The position numbers and the translations under genes were made by a program. From Rhina ancylostomus (taxonomy: Eukaryota): a stretch of DNA of 63,540 nucleotides. Within the stretch, counting starts at the first letter, position 1, and each line of letters starts with the position of its first letter. This document shows, piece after piece, positions 11,950 through 24,929 of this stretch. The stretch is taken from contig JARFYF010000029.1 of assembly GCA_030265395.1 (NCBI GenBank), positions 12,722,052 to 12,785,591 on the forward strand, given 5' to 3'. The notes below the pieces were generated by a model that was not told the DNA's origin, did not search any database, and saw nothing but the letters and a program-made list of their open reading frames with translations.

Positions 11950-12490
11950 ATCATCGAGGGACTTTGGTTATGTAGCTAGACTGGCAAAGCTGGGATTGTT
12001 CTCCTTGGAGGAGAGGGAGTTATGATGGAATCTGAGAGAGGTATTTAAAGTCANNNNNNNNNNNNNNNNNNNNNNNNNNNNNNNNNNNNNNNNNNNNNNN
12101 NNNNNNNNNNNNNNNNNNNNNNNNNNNNNNNNNNNNNNNNNNNNNNNNNNNNNAAAGTCATGAAAGTTATGGACAGAGCAGATAGAGTGCAACTGCTCCC
12201 AGTAGCAGAGCGGTCAAGAACCAGTGGATGTTGAATGAAGGTAATTGGCAAAATAACCTAAAGTGACACAAGAGAAATGTTTATGCAGTGTGTAGGAAGG
12301 GTTTGGAACGCAATGCCAGGGATAGCAGTGGAGGCAGATTCAATTGTGGTGGAAGAGTTACCTCTAGTGAAAGACTTGAATGGCCAAAGTGTGGGGTGGT
12401 GGAATGGAGCTGGTTAGATTTCTCTTACATAGATCTTAATGGACCAAATGGTCTCTTTCCATTGCTGTAGCCTTTCTGTGATTCTGTGAT
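11950..12490 (+). mobile_element. Old CR1 LINE 3' fragment split by an N gap
   Basis: ctgggattgttctccttggag..gaggtatttaaagtca[N]aaagtcatgaaag..; tail ggaccaaatggtct..ttctgtgattctgtga. Confidence 0.65.
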
Positions 12491-12833
12491 GGAAAAGCTG
12501 AGGGAAAACAAATAATGGATACTGGAGAGATGAGATGGCATTGATGGAAAACTAGCTGAACTCACCAGTGTACTGCCAATAATATCTGCAGTCACCAGCA
12601 TAGCAGGCAGAAATAGAGCAGAACAACTTCGGTAGGCTTTGGTTTACTCTGAATACTATTTTACAGCCAACACCCTGTAATATTGGGATGGTGTCTCCAG
12701 TGGCAATCAGATCTTCTTTTCAACCCAACAAAAACGGGCATCAACCAATTTCCTGTCTGTGGCTGTATGAAATCCATATTGATTTCCCCTCCTTTCTTAA
12801 CAGTGATACCATGCAGGTGCTCAGTAAAATTGA

Positions 12834-13039
12834 GACACAAGAAATTCTGGAGATGCTGGAATCCGAAGCAATACACAAAAAGTGCTGGAGGTACTCAGCA
12901 GGTCAGGCAGCAGCTATGGAGAGAAATAAGTAGTCGACGTTTTGGGCCAAGACCCTTCATCAGGACTAAAACATTGACTGTTTATTTCCGTCCATAGATG
13001 CTGCCTGACCTGCTGAGTTCCTCCAGCACTTTTTGTGTA
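12834..13039. mobile_element. Penelope-like terminal-repeat fold-back containing a degenerate minimal hammerhead core
   Basis: Inverted arms 12872-12943 and 12968-13039. The minus strand of 12931-12967 reads AGTC-CTGATGA-AGGGTCTTGGCCC-AAAAC-GTC-GACT. Confidence 0.75.
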
Positions 13040-13751
13040 GGTGTTCAGTAAGCCATGGCTTTCAAAAGGGAATTGGATAGGGACAAAGACATGTAATTTA
13101 CTGGCTGTGGGGAAAATGTAAGGGATAGGAGCCAGCGTGGAGCCAATATGCCTTGTAGAAAACAGGTTTATCCACAGTGGTCACCTGTAGCTTTTCCCCT
13201 ACCTTCACAAGATCTCTCAGATTTGTAGATCTAGGATATGGCTCACGAATGAGAGTCCTCCTATTCATTGCACAGCCCTCCCCTCCCTTATTTTGCAGGT
13301 AAGTGATGATCTGATGAGATTGATGCTGGGACTATGTATTTTAACGGTTGGGAATGAAGCTGGAGTGAATGTTGCCATCCACCAAGTAAGCATGAGCCGG
13401 AGAAGGGCAGGAAGCATGCACCAATGTGAAACTTGGGATAAAACATCCACGAGAGTGCAACCAGTAGAGGGATTCCCATCATACTGTTTCCCTGTAATTT
13501 TCAGACCGTCAAGAGTTGGCTCTGTATTGTTGCTTATTACCCTTGAGAGTAGCAAGGCATCTATGGGACACTCCCAAGCACTTTTATCCATCCTCTGGCC
13601 AGGACAAGTTGGCTTTCAACAGAATATTATCATCAGATAAATGTAATGTAACCATCATCGCTCATAAGCTGCTGCTGTGCACCAAAGGTTTTGTTCACTC
13701 TTGCAACCTATAAATAGTTGTGTTAAATTTCTTTACATTCAATGATAACAG

Positions 13752-13855
13752 AAGCATTAAGCCAAGGAACTCCAGCCAAACGACTGGACGATGTGATTCG
13801 ACTGGCAGAACTATGCATTGAGGTACTTCAGCAAAATGAGGAGCACCATTCAGAG
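13752..13855 (+). CDS. CADPS2: CADPS2 coding exon ([35 protein letters not shown])
   Basis: acAG|aa ... gag|GTaagg; 104 nt, phase 1 to 0; [16 protein letters not shown] is the CAPS2 signature. Confidence 0.95.
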
Positions 13856-16800
13856 GTAAGGCTTGATTTTTCCTCAATAAAAAATATAACAGTNNNNNNN
13901 NNNNNNNNNNNNNNNNNNNNNNNNNNNNNNNNNNNNNNNNNNNNNNNNNNNNNNNNNNNNNNNNNNNNNNNNNNNNNNNNNNNNNNNNNNNNNCCAAACT
14001 GTTGGACAGTACTTACAAGCTGCAGTGAAAATCACATGCTTTTTTTTGCTGTAGATTTGGATCATGGAAAATAAAGGTTGATGTACCCGTGAACCAAATC
14101 GTAAACCAGAGTTGTAATGACAGAAATGCTGTTCATTTCTCCAAGTACAACTATTAAATTTATCAACATATTCAAAGGGACCAAAGCATCTTCAAGCAAC
14201 TGACTCCAACCAGCTTCTGCCTACATAGAATATGCCTTCCTCACTTCACCCGACCACCATTTCCCATGTTTAAATTTAACAATAGAAAGATTAGTTGGGG
14301 AGAGTTGGTTGAACGGGAGGAGGATTGGAACTCACTGCCTGAAAAGGTGCTTGCTGCAGGAATCCTCACCCTATTAAACAACTTTCAAGAATGTGCACTT
14401 GAAATGTTGTAATATGTTTGAATAATGACCAAGTGTTGGGAAGCAAGAGAGGCTGCAGACCTTTTCTTCAGCCTTCATGATATCTTTGGTTCCATGACAA
14501 CTAATCAATGAATCATTGGTATTGACCATCATTCAGAATCTCCTCTGCCACCAGCACCAGCATCTCATATTTCTTAAATAAGTCAGGTTTTATCCTTCAT
14601 TGGAAAGTCATTCCAAGTGCTGGTTACTCTGGGTAATGAACAATTTCCAAATTCATTTCTCAAACTTATATCTATTCTTGCAACTTAAAGTAATGATCAT
14701 TAATCCTGATAATCAATTCCATTAGCTTTACACAGAATAATGTGCAGCTGATGTGCATGCATCCAATGTACTAGTTCTTGACGTCATCTGGTGACAGCCT
14801 CATCATGGTTGTCAGTGTCTATGAATCTCTTACTAATATCTTTGTGTCCTGTAGTGAATCTGCTCCTGTGACTTGCTTTTTTTGGATCCTTATAGTCTTT
14901 GAAGAACTTTCATTTCATTTCATTTATAACATATTATTGATTTTACTTTGTGAGATAATATTTGTCATTCACATGCATATCTGGAGGAAGAAGTAATTGA
15001 GGACATAAATTCTTTTGTGCTGTTTTTCAGTTTCCAATCTGTTTGCTCTTTTTAATCTCACCTGATTACCCTCTTGCTGTGTGCTACTGATTTGTTATTT
15101 ATCCTTGCAGTTAAACCCAGCTGCTCTGCTCTTATCAAAGTCTCTCTGCCTGTAGGATCACCATTAACATCCTCTCATATCTTCTTTACAACCTGCTGGA
15201 TCTGCAAACACTGTTTTCCTGTTAACTGCACTTTAAATTGGCGTGCTAATTTACCTTGGTTGAAGTTTGAGCTAGTCAGATTGACGAAGGTTGATGCTAG
15301 GCACTGATGGTCAGTAGCAGCTGGAGTTCTAATATTTATTGATATTAGAGTCAGTCAAAGCAGGATACTGTTCAAGGCTAGATATATAACCAATATCCAA
15401 TAGAAATTTGTTTTCCAAGATGTCGCTCCGCTGTCAGCTTGGCTCAGTTGATAATGTTGTCACCTCTACATCAGAAGGTTCCGCAATCCAGCAATAAGCC
15501 AGCACTGACTTTCTTGTGAACAGTGACCTAAGTGTAGAAAATGAAGTTCCAAATTATTTTATAGTAGGTAATCACAAAATGGAAGCTAAGCCAATGGGGA
15601 TCTTAGAAGAGATAACAAAATGTTNNNNNNNNNNNNNNNNNNNNNNNNNNNNNNNNNNNNNNNNNNNNNNNNNNNNNNNNNNNNNNNNNNNNNNNNNNNN
15701 NNNNNNNNNNNNNNNNNNNNNNNNAATGTTTGGTCAGAGGCAAATTTTATTGAGGAAGTTACCGCAGGGAAGTCCATTGACAATGGAGCCTGCTTTACAA
15801 AAAGCATTGAAAATATTGGACAGATGCAACCACAGTGATGTACAAAGGGTGGATATAAATTTTGAAGGTTGTCACATTTGAAGATTTTGGAGATGATATA
15901 GATGCTGTCAGTGCACTGCGGTTTACAAGGATGGGGAAGTTATGGTTGTGTTTTTTGAAGAGTGGTCGCTTGATGGTGGTTTTAAAAGGTCAGTCTGAAG
16001 GAGAGCTGTATGAGAATAGGGAGGGGATTGGAAGAGACTCCAGTACTACTCCAATACATGATTGATGCTGAGACGTCATTCCAGCAAGGAGAGGTCCTGC
16101 ATAGTCAGAGCACCACACTGGCTTTTGCAGTGGTTCAGATGTACATTAAAGATCTCATCAAACTCCAGATACCCTGTCCAGTATTACTCTCTTAACAGCA
16201 GATGGCATTGATAGAGATTCATTACATTGTTGCTTGCTGTGCGAAGGAAATACCATTTCAAATCAATGAGAACAATTTGTTGTTTATAAAAAAGATTGAA
16301 ATCTTCATGAGAAATGATAGTGTCCCTTATATATAAAGCTTTCTTTTTCAGTTCTAGCCTGAACATTAATTGTAATAATTTTGTAGAGATAACAGCAGAT
16401 ATTCCTAATTAAATTAATTCAGAGATCATGAATTATTTACTCGTGAAATGAATATAACCATTTTAAAGTAAAGGCTTTTCCACTATGCATTCACTACACT
16501 GACATTTGCAGAACCCCTATAGAAATGGAAAGGCTGCAAGTCAAGACAATTAATGATGGAGCTTAAAATATCTCAAGCAGTATTTGTGTTTTCAGTCAGT
16601 ATTGTAAATCCGGAATTTGCTGCCAATCATTTGATGCAAAGTTATGTTAATATTCCAAAAATAATTAGTTGGGTTGATATTCAATGTGATTTATATTTAC
16701 ATTTTTATTTTTGGATGTACACAGGTAGAGTGAGTCACAAAAATCTGAAGGGAAAGGAAACATAAATACAAAATAAATATGATGCAAGACAGGCTAATTT

Positions 16801-17397
16801 TTGCCAGAATATGTAAGGGCTGTTTTCTTATATATTCATAGCATACGTAAAATCTGCACATTGCAGAGTATTAAAGTAAGAAGCATCAGCCATGACTCGT
16901 AAACCTGGATTGATGAAGCTACTTATATTTCAGTTATTCTGTTATGCAATAATCAGTGCTAAAAATGATTATCTTTTGAAAATGTCAAGCAAATAATTAA
17001 TTGAAACCATTTAAAAAAACAGCAAATATCAAGACTATTAATGGAAAATATTCATTATTTTTCATGGTTGCTTACACATCTGCATATACTAGCAACAGAA
17101 TAGAACTGACTTACCAATGAAGGGAGTATGCACGGAGGTTAATTGCATTATTGGTATAGTTTGAGGTGTTTCTTCACACAGCACTTTATGTGAAAGATCT
17201 CACAGAATAAGGCTCCTGAAGATTTGGATTAATGGCTGCATTCGGATAGGAATTAATATTCAAATACACAATTGGTTAATGGATGCATGTTTGCAGGAAT
17301 GTATGATGTGATTCTAAAATTTTAGCTATTAACCTTTGTTTAAATGTTTGGATTTCATTTATTCTGCAACCCCTTTCACATGTGCGGATCCATAAAG

Positions 17398-17406
17398 GGA
17401 AGAGAG
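17398..17406 (+). CDS. CADPS2: CADPS2 9-nt microexon (GRE)
   Basis: cataaAG|GGA AGA GAG|GTatgt; phase 0 to 0. Supplies the GRE tripeptide found between HHAE and AFAWWPDL in mammalian CAPS2. Confidence 0.88.
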
Positions 17407-19159
17407 GTATGTGACCAGTGGTGATATCCACCACTGGACATTTTTTCATATTTGTTATGATGCATGCATTCTATTCACAGTCATTTTAAAAAGGGCAGTA
17501 TCTGATCAGGGAAATAATCTACAATATACTTCCATTTCCTAAGTTTACAATTTAAGGTGAGAGATACTGCAGTGGAAATCTGAATTACATTTTGTGCTCA
17601 ATAAACTGTGTCTCTAGAAAACCTTTCTCCGAGATATCAATTGACTTACTTTTGATTTAAAATAAGTAAGAACTTTACTGATAAAAAAGAATTAACATTC
17701 CCTGCGTTGACTGCACGTTTATTAATTAATGACAAGTTAGTTCAAATATGGGACATTGGTGAGATGTGTCTTATTGAGACTTTTTAACAATCATTCTATT
17801 TATAATTTATATGTGCATTTCTCCCCATATTATTATTCTTACTTCCTTCTCCCCTCCCCTGTAGTCTACATTTGTGTATTGGCAACATTATAAAAGATGG
17901 GATTCATAAGCGGCCGTAAATAGCAGAGGGAGAAGAAATAAGTAGTCTTCATTCAATTACTCCTGGCCATTCCTGTACACATTTGGTAGAAATACAAAAT
18001 AACTTGTGCGTCTCAGATAATTTGTACGTGGAATGGTGACATGGAATTTGCAAGGAATGGTTGTCCTTAGACCTTTTATTTGTTCCGATACATAGAGGTC
18101 TCTCCAGCTTAAATTAAGTTGGCAAAAGTTAGGTCACAGAAGATCTTTCATTTTTGCATGTTTGTCCTCTTTTGTTTCTAAATGGATGACCAAAATAAAA
18201 TTATGGATGCTGGAAATCTAAGGTAAAAGAGGAAATAATGAAAATTCTCAACGGGTAGATACAATCTTTGGAGAGAAAATTAGAGTCTACATTTCAGATT
18301 GACAATATAATGTTATCTCTCCATAATTAAAAGAAAACCACTTTTTTTTCTCTCTCTCAGTAAATATTTCTGCCACCATTGATTCACACCAATTTTTTCT
18401 TATGCCTTGAACAATAATAACCACTGAGAACCATGGTTGCCTGTGTAAAATTAAAAATTACTGTTGCTATTTTATATGTATATCTGGATATTTGCCTCCA
18501 AGTTGCTGTGTTAGCCTCTGATTTAAATAACTACATAAATTTTCACAGCTTTTTTAGGATCAGTAAAATTATTAAATATTGTTAATCATAGTTAATCATG
18601 GATAAAACTGCCTTTTAGTATATTTTTATAATTGTAGTTTTCCCTGGTAGTTGTTTCGCTTGAACTGACGTGTCAGAAAGGCCAGTGACCATAACAATGG
18701 CCCACTGAAAGTCATCAGGAAATGTAGCCCTCTATAGTTCAGGCTGAGATTCTGAGGTTTGGATTAGCTGCACAACTACATGCTTGCAGATAGCTTTTGA
18801 GACATAAGAGCAAGGCATGTGGCGTGAATTAAGGTCACTATCCTGTCTCAGAAAAAGATCACCAAAATTTCCCAACGAAAGTAGTCTATTATTACCGCTG
18901 CCTTTTCTGCCAAATACAAATTCCTGTCCATCTTCTTCTGCTTATTACCCAGTTGACACCACTTTTACTTATTGCTATCAACACATCCTCTCTGTTTAGG
19001 AGTCATGATGCTCTACACTTTCTCTTTATAAAAGTTTCACCATTGTTACATCCCTCCAAGCACACACTCAGTTAACTTCAGTAAAGCGCTTGATCTTCCC
19101 TTTCCCTTGGGATGTCCCTGTACATTAAAGTTGACAAGTGCCAGATAGCAATAAGTTGT

Positions 19160-19224
19160 TCTCTCTCTCTCATGCCTCTCGTTCTATCTCTCTCTCTCTC
19201 TCACTCTCTCACTCTCACTCTCTC
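19160..19224. repeat. (CT)n/(CTCTCA)n microsatellite
   Basis: ctctctctct...ctctctctctctctcactctctcactctcactctct read directly. Confidence 0.9.
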
Positions 19225-19989
19225 CCCAACTCTGTTGCCAAAGCAAAATACTTCAGTGATGTTTGTTTCCTTCCTAGTCCTTGAATAGAAATGGCATTAT
19301 GGTATGTGGCAAATAATGTAAGTCCTATATACCATAGCAAACCAACTTGTCTTTCTGACCAAAGAATTAGGAGGCAGGCTTAGAAATGAAATGCTAAAAT
19401 TCCACAGCACAGAGTATTTATGCAGCACATGGTGTCAAGTAATAACCGGAGTAAAATAAAATGGGAGTAAAGTTATTGCCTTTTTAACACCCTTTACTAG
19501 CCAAGCCATTGCAACAGCCAGCAACCTCACTACGGGAGCAGCAGCCAAGCACAATGCAGTTACTGATGCAGTGGCTAGCTAAATTTTAATCTGGTTAACC
19601 ATATTTTACATGCTGTTTATAACTANNNNNNNNNNAACTAATTCCATCGATAATATGTCATTGCACATGATGTATTAATTTTTGAACAGCCCCCATGTCA
19701 GACCAAACAACTTCCAGTGAAGGAAATGTAACAGATTTGATGAGGATGGGGAATCCATTTGAAGTATTGTAAAGCTTGAAAATGGTGCTGGTTTCTGCAT
19801 TTTGTAGTACAAATTTAGAAAGTTATTGCAGTTTTTTAAACAAATAAATTGTGCATTCTCTCATTTCTTTTAAAGCAAGTTATTTGCAGAAACAACATAG
19901 CAAATGACAATAGTACGATGGTCTTGAAGAATTGACTGGCCTATTTACCATTTTGTACCCTTGATTCACATTTAGTAATTGCCTCATAG

Positions 19990-20146
19990 GCTTTTGCTTG
20001 GTGGCCTGATCTAATGGCGGAGCATGCTGAGATATTTTGGTCACTCTTTGCTGTCGACATGGATGCGACCCTTGAAGCACAGCCCTCGGACTCCTGGGAC
20101 ACCTTTCCACTTTTTCAACTTCTCAATAATTATTTGAGGAATGAAT
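19990..20146 (+). CDS. CADPS2: CADPS2 coding exon ([52 protein letters not shown])
   Basis: catAG|gct ... gaat|GTgagt; 157 nt, phase 0 to 1; WWPDL and [15 protein letters not shown] match CAPS2. Confidence 0.96.
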
Positions 20147-21399
20147 GTGAGTATCTATTGGATTTCTTCTTTCTTTCCTCTATTCCTGCTCTGATATTTT
20201 GATATGCTACAGATTTTTATGGAGTGACTTCCTTTCAAAAATACATATAGTTTGTGTTTCTTATTATATTTTGTTTAGCATATAAAGGTAAAAGGAGGTG
20301 CTGTCCCTTAGAAAGCCACAATGGATTTTCAAGCTAAGATGAGTAACAAAGAGCTGGCTTGCAAATATTTCTGCCCATTAAAATCGGTGGAGGTCATTGT
20401 CTATAGGCCTCACTGATCTCCACAGCTTCAATTCTGATGTTCACTCCCTATGGTGGAAGATTCTATTTGTTTGCACAAATACATAAAATCTACCCTGTTT
20501 GAAAAGAGAAAGGTTTCCCTTCTGGAGGTTAGAAGATACTTTTCTCCTCGAGGGGCTAAACTTGTTTGAAATCCAANNNNNNNNNNATGCTGTCAAGTAT
20601 ATCCTTCTTGTTGTGTATTATTCCCTGGCCTCAATAATTTACCAAATGGAATACTTTGACAACAGTGCATCAAAGCATCAATTGTATTGCCTTGGTGTGA
20701 ATGGTTGTGTAGGGCACCCCCATGTGCTGAATTTAACATCTTTCTTGAACTGCTGGAGTGACTCCTTCCAAATAATTTGAATCTCATGCATTAGCTTGTC
20801 AGGCTACTGTGCTGACAAACCTTTCACTGTGCTCAATATTATTGTTGAAGAATTCTGCAAAATATTAAGTGTCACTGGTTGCAGTTCATTCCTTGTCAGC
20901 TTTGAGAATTTGCTGAAAAGCTGTTTCCTTGTGCCAAGGATTTTTGGATGATTTTTATTTGTGAAGCCTACAACTTGGATGAAATGTTTTGTCAATTGTA
21001 AGATGTATGCAATGGAGTGAAAATTGAGCTGTGACAGCAAGAAGTGCATGGAACGCAGATTCTGGATGTTGTTTGCCTTCTTACTCATTTATAATTCAAT
21101 TAATATGCCATGTTAGATAAGACCTTCAAAGTTACTATTTAGACATTAACAATTGAAGCATTGAGCTCAAGATATATAAATAATCCTCATAATGATTCTG
21201 CCATCAACAGAACTTGCTCCTGCCATTGTTCCCAGCAGAGGCTGAAAATACACCAACTGTTTGAAACCTCTGCATCCTTTTGAAGTTGAGCTTCTGATGT
21301 CAAAACTGTTCTACCAGAAAGGCACTTTTTCCACTTCCAAAGCCTGCCTTTCTTCACACAGTATCAGCTTATCTGCTTTTCTCACCTCTTAGTTTTGGT

Positions 21400-21850
21400 T
21401 ATCCCAATGCTTTTTTTAACCAGCTTTAAACCTCCATTATCTGTAAACTTCAGCTTATCCAGAGTTCAGACGCATATATCCAACTTTGCCCCAAGTCCCA
21501 TTCACCCACAGCTCCTTGCTCACTGACATACATTGGCTTCCACCTCTAACTTAAAATGTCCATTCTTCTGTTTAAATCACTCCCTGGCCTCACCACTCCA
21601 TATCTCTGTAACTGCTTTCACTCTGAGAAGACCTCTCCATTTCTCCAGTACTGACCACTGATGTTTTTCTCTATTTCTTCATCCCATTTTTGGTCATTTG
21701 GCTTCAGCCTCCTCGAACCTTCTTAATATTTGCCACTTTTAATTTAATACCTCCTGGTTTAGCTTTTTGCCACCTTTCCTTTGATTATATTTCAGTGGTG
21801 TACTGTCAGGCATATAAGGTTCTCCATAAATGCACATAGTTATTGATCAA
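21400..21850 (+). mobile_element. L2-clade LINE 3' ORF2 remnant
   Basis: cattcaccc..gctcactgacatacattggcttcc..attcttctgtttaaatcactccctggcctc..ccatatctc resembles the L2 C-terminal HITP.L..LHWLP..FKILLLVFKSLHGLAP.YL. Confidence 0.6.
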
Positions 21851-22019
21851 AGATATTCAGTGCATTGTGCACCTGCTCCGTGTATTGAAAATAACAAATC
21901 ACGCAATTGGAATTTTGGTGTGGGGTGTTTAATGACATGTGAACCAGATACATTTTTACCACAGTAGTTATAAATTATGAATGACTTCTTTTCCTAAAAT
22001 TTTGTGTTTCAAAGCTTCT

Positions 22020-22102
22020 GTAGTGGGATTTGAACTCGGGTCTCTGGATTGTTATTCCAGGCTTCCATGTTATTAGACCAGTACTTTAACCACACCATCA
22101 GC
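22020..22102 (-). mobile_element. tRNA-derived SINE head fragment
   Basis: gtgggatttgaactc is a reverse-complement B-box (GAGTTCAAATCCC), with ttaaccacacc as the A-box side. Confidence 0.5.
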
Positions 22103-24929
22103 ACCACATCCCATTAAGTCATATAACTCCTACACTCACTCTTTCCTCTTAATACCTGCAGCCAGCAAAGATCTATTAACCTTAGATGTAAAATTAACAA
22201 CTTAAATTGGAATTAACTGATATTTGCTGAAAATGTTTCCTAACATCACTGCTGAAAATCTGACTGACTACATCCCCTAGTCTTGGAAAACTCAACCAGT
22301 TAAAATGACCTTCTCTCCATTAACTTCTTCTACACACAAAGGTTCTGCCGATAGCTGTTTNNNNNNNNNNNNNNNNNNNNNNNNNNNNNNNNNNNNNNNN
22401 NNNNNNNNNNNNNNNNNNNNNNNNNNNNNNNNNNNNNNNNNNNNNNNNNNNNNNNNNNNNNNNNNNNNNNNNNNNNNNNNNNNNNNNNNNNNNNNNNNNN
22501 NNNNNNNNNNNNNNNNNNNNNNNNNNNNNNNNNNNNNNNNNNNNNNNNNNNNNNNNNNNNNNNNNNNNNNNNNNNNNNNNNNNNNNNNNNNNNNNNNNNN
22601 NNNNNNNNNNNNNNNNNNNNNNNNNNNNNNNNNNNNNNNNNNNNNNNNNNNNNNNNNNNNNNNNNNNNNNNNNNNNNNNNNNNNNNNNNNNNNNNNNNNN
22701 NNNNNNNNNNNNNNNNNNNNNNNNNNNNNNNNNNNNNNNNNNNNNNNNNNNNNNNNNNNNNNNNNNNNNNNNNNNNNNNNNNNNNNNNNNNNNNNNNNNN
22801 NNNNNNNNNNNNNNNNNNNNNNNNNGGAGAAAAAGTGAGTTTAGAGTTAGATCACCTAATGTGAGAAGGTGATACGACCCCCAGAAAATTTGGAATTTCT
22901 GATGCAAGGGTGAGATGTATTGCTTGGATCTTATGGTCCCTTGTTTAAAATCCTGAACAGTATGTGTAAATTACATTTAAGTTATATGGTTACTGCCTGT
23001 GCTGTTTAAGCTCACAAAGGGGGATACACATTGGTGTGTATAAATAGAATACAACTGATTTGGAAACCTTGCAACAATGCAGCATAACTTTAGACAATTG
23101 CAGGGAGGTGTTTGGTTGTTGAACAGGATAACTTTACCTTTCCATTAATTCTTCCTTCCTCATTCCAGAAATGAAACGTTAGCTTGCTTAGTATGAGTTT
23201 GCAATATGCTCCATTCTGTGATAACACCCTTTATTCCTACAAACAATTGTGTGGTTATCAAATTATTTTAAATTCATACCCACTTCATTCATTTTATCCT
23301 CATAATCAGTAACAACAGTAAAATCTGCAAATGACACAAATATTTGCTACAATTAACTGTTAATCTGTTATGTATTTAAGCCAAGAAAGACAAAAAAAAT
23401 GCAAATGACATTTTATTTTGAAAATAACATTGGAAAGGGTTTTCTCCATATTCGAAAACATTAAACTTACTGCACTATTACTAACTGTAAAAATGTATAG
23501 CAGAGCACATTGCTTGCAATCATCAAATGACCATTCTTGAGGGAGTCAGCTCCCACATGTACCTTACTTGAAGACACATTCTGTAATTAACCGATTATTT
23601 TTTAACATAAGTAGAAAAACAGGCAATGTCACTCTCAAGCCCTGGAAAAAATTTACCAAGGTAGATAGTCACCTGTTACAGTATTTCAAAACCAACATAC
23701 ATTTCCATTGCAGTATAACACTTAAAAGTATGAATAGGTGAATGATTTAACGTGGTCTCATGACAATAAAAAGGCAAGTGTTAATAATTAGCAGGGAGAG
23801 TGAAGTGGAATCAAATTAGTCATAATAAAACCCAGAGTGACTGAGAAAGTCATCTCTCATTATCTGAAACTAATTATGAAATGAAAAAGAAATATTCCCA
23901 GTGGATTACTTTTATGTTGAGACCATAGCAAAGATAATACTTTTTAAAGTTGATTCAGCTCAAGTCTCCAAATCAGAAAGGTGTTTAAGTGAAAATTTCT
24001 CAATTCAGAGCAGTTCTCTTAGACTTGAGTTGTTTCTCTTGTGGGCGAGAGGCAAAAGTTTTCAGTGCTGAAATTAGGATTGTGAAGTACACAGGAAGAT
24101 AGAAAATGCAGTTGGAGACTTTGTGAAAGAAATAATCCACTAATTATTCCAGAATCACTCTGAGTATGCCTTCATTAAAGTAAAATAGTCCATCTACTTG
24201 ACATGAAAGCTTATTGAGTAATAATATGATGTCCTTGGCTATTTGCATCATGTTAATAAGTATCTGTGATAACCATGTGTATTCTTAAATTAAATTAATT
24301 TCCATTCTTCCTTCTTCAGTTCAGTGCTCTGAAGACTGCTTGAGTAGTTAAATGGTGTTAACCAAATTGGTTANNNNNNNNNNNNNNNNNNNNNNNNNNN
24401 NNNNNNNNNNNNNNNNNNNNNNNNNNNNNNNNNNNNNNNNNNNNNNNNNNNNNNNNNNNNNNNNNNNNNNNNNNNNNNNNNCATGGAATCCATGTGCTGG
24501 ACAACAAGGCATTAATGGAGCCAAATTGAGGACCAGAACTCAGAACCATGACAGTTTGTACATGTAATACAAAGAGATCAGGAGAACAATCATGGCATAA
24601 ATAATCATTAAGAACAATAAAATATTTAAAACATCTGTAGATCCCTCGATCTCTTAGTAAATGAGTATAATATAAAAGAAAGGAAAGAAAAAGATTTCTT
24701 ACATCTATAAAAGAAAAGAAAGAGAAGAAAAAAAATCCCCAAACCAATAAGAAAAATTATAAACAATATATCAAACCAAACTAAACAGAAAAATTCAAAA
24801 AGAGCGGAAAAAAGGACTGGACTGAAACTTCTCAGTAGAAACAGAGCAATATTATGTTGTCAACTCCATTCCTAGGAACCTTCACAAATGAGCATGGGCA
24901 ACAATTGAAAGAGCACAGACAAATTGTAG

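Noticed and set aside
22305-22907. Long ORFs spanning N runs (also 37674-38231 and 52450-53012)
   Set aside because: Their length comes from assembly gaps.
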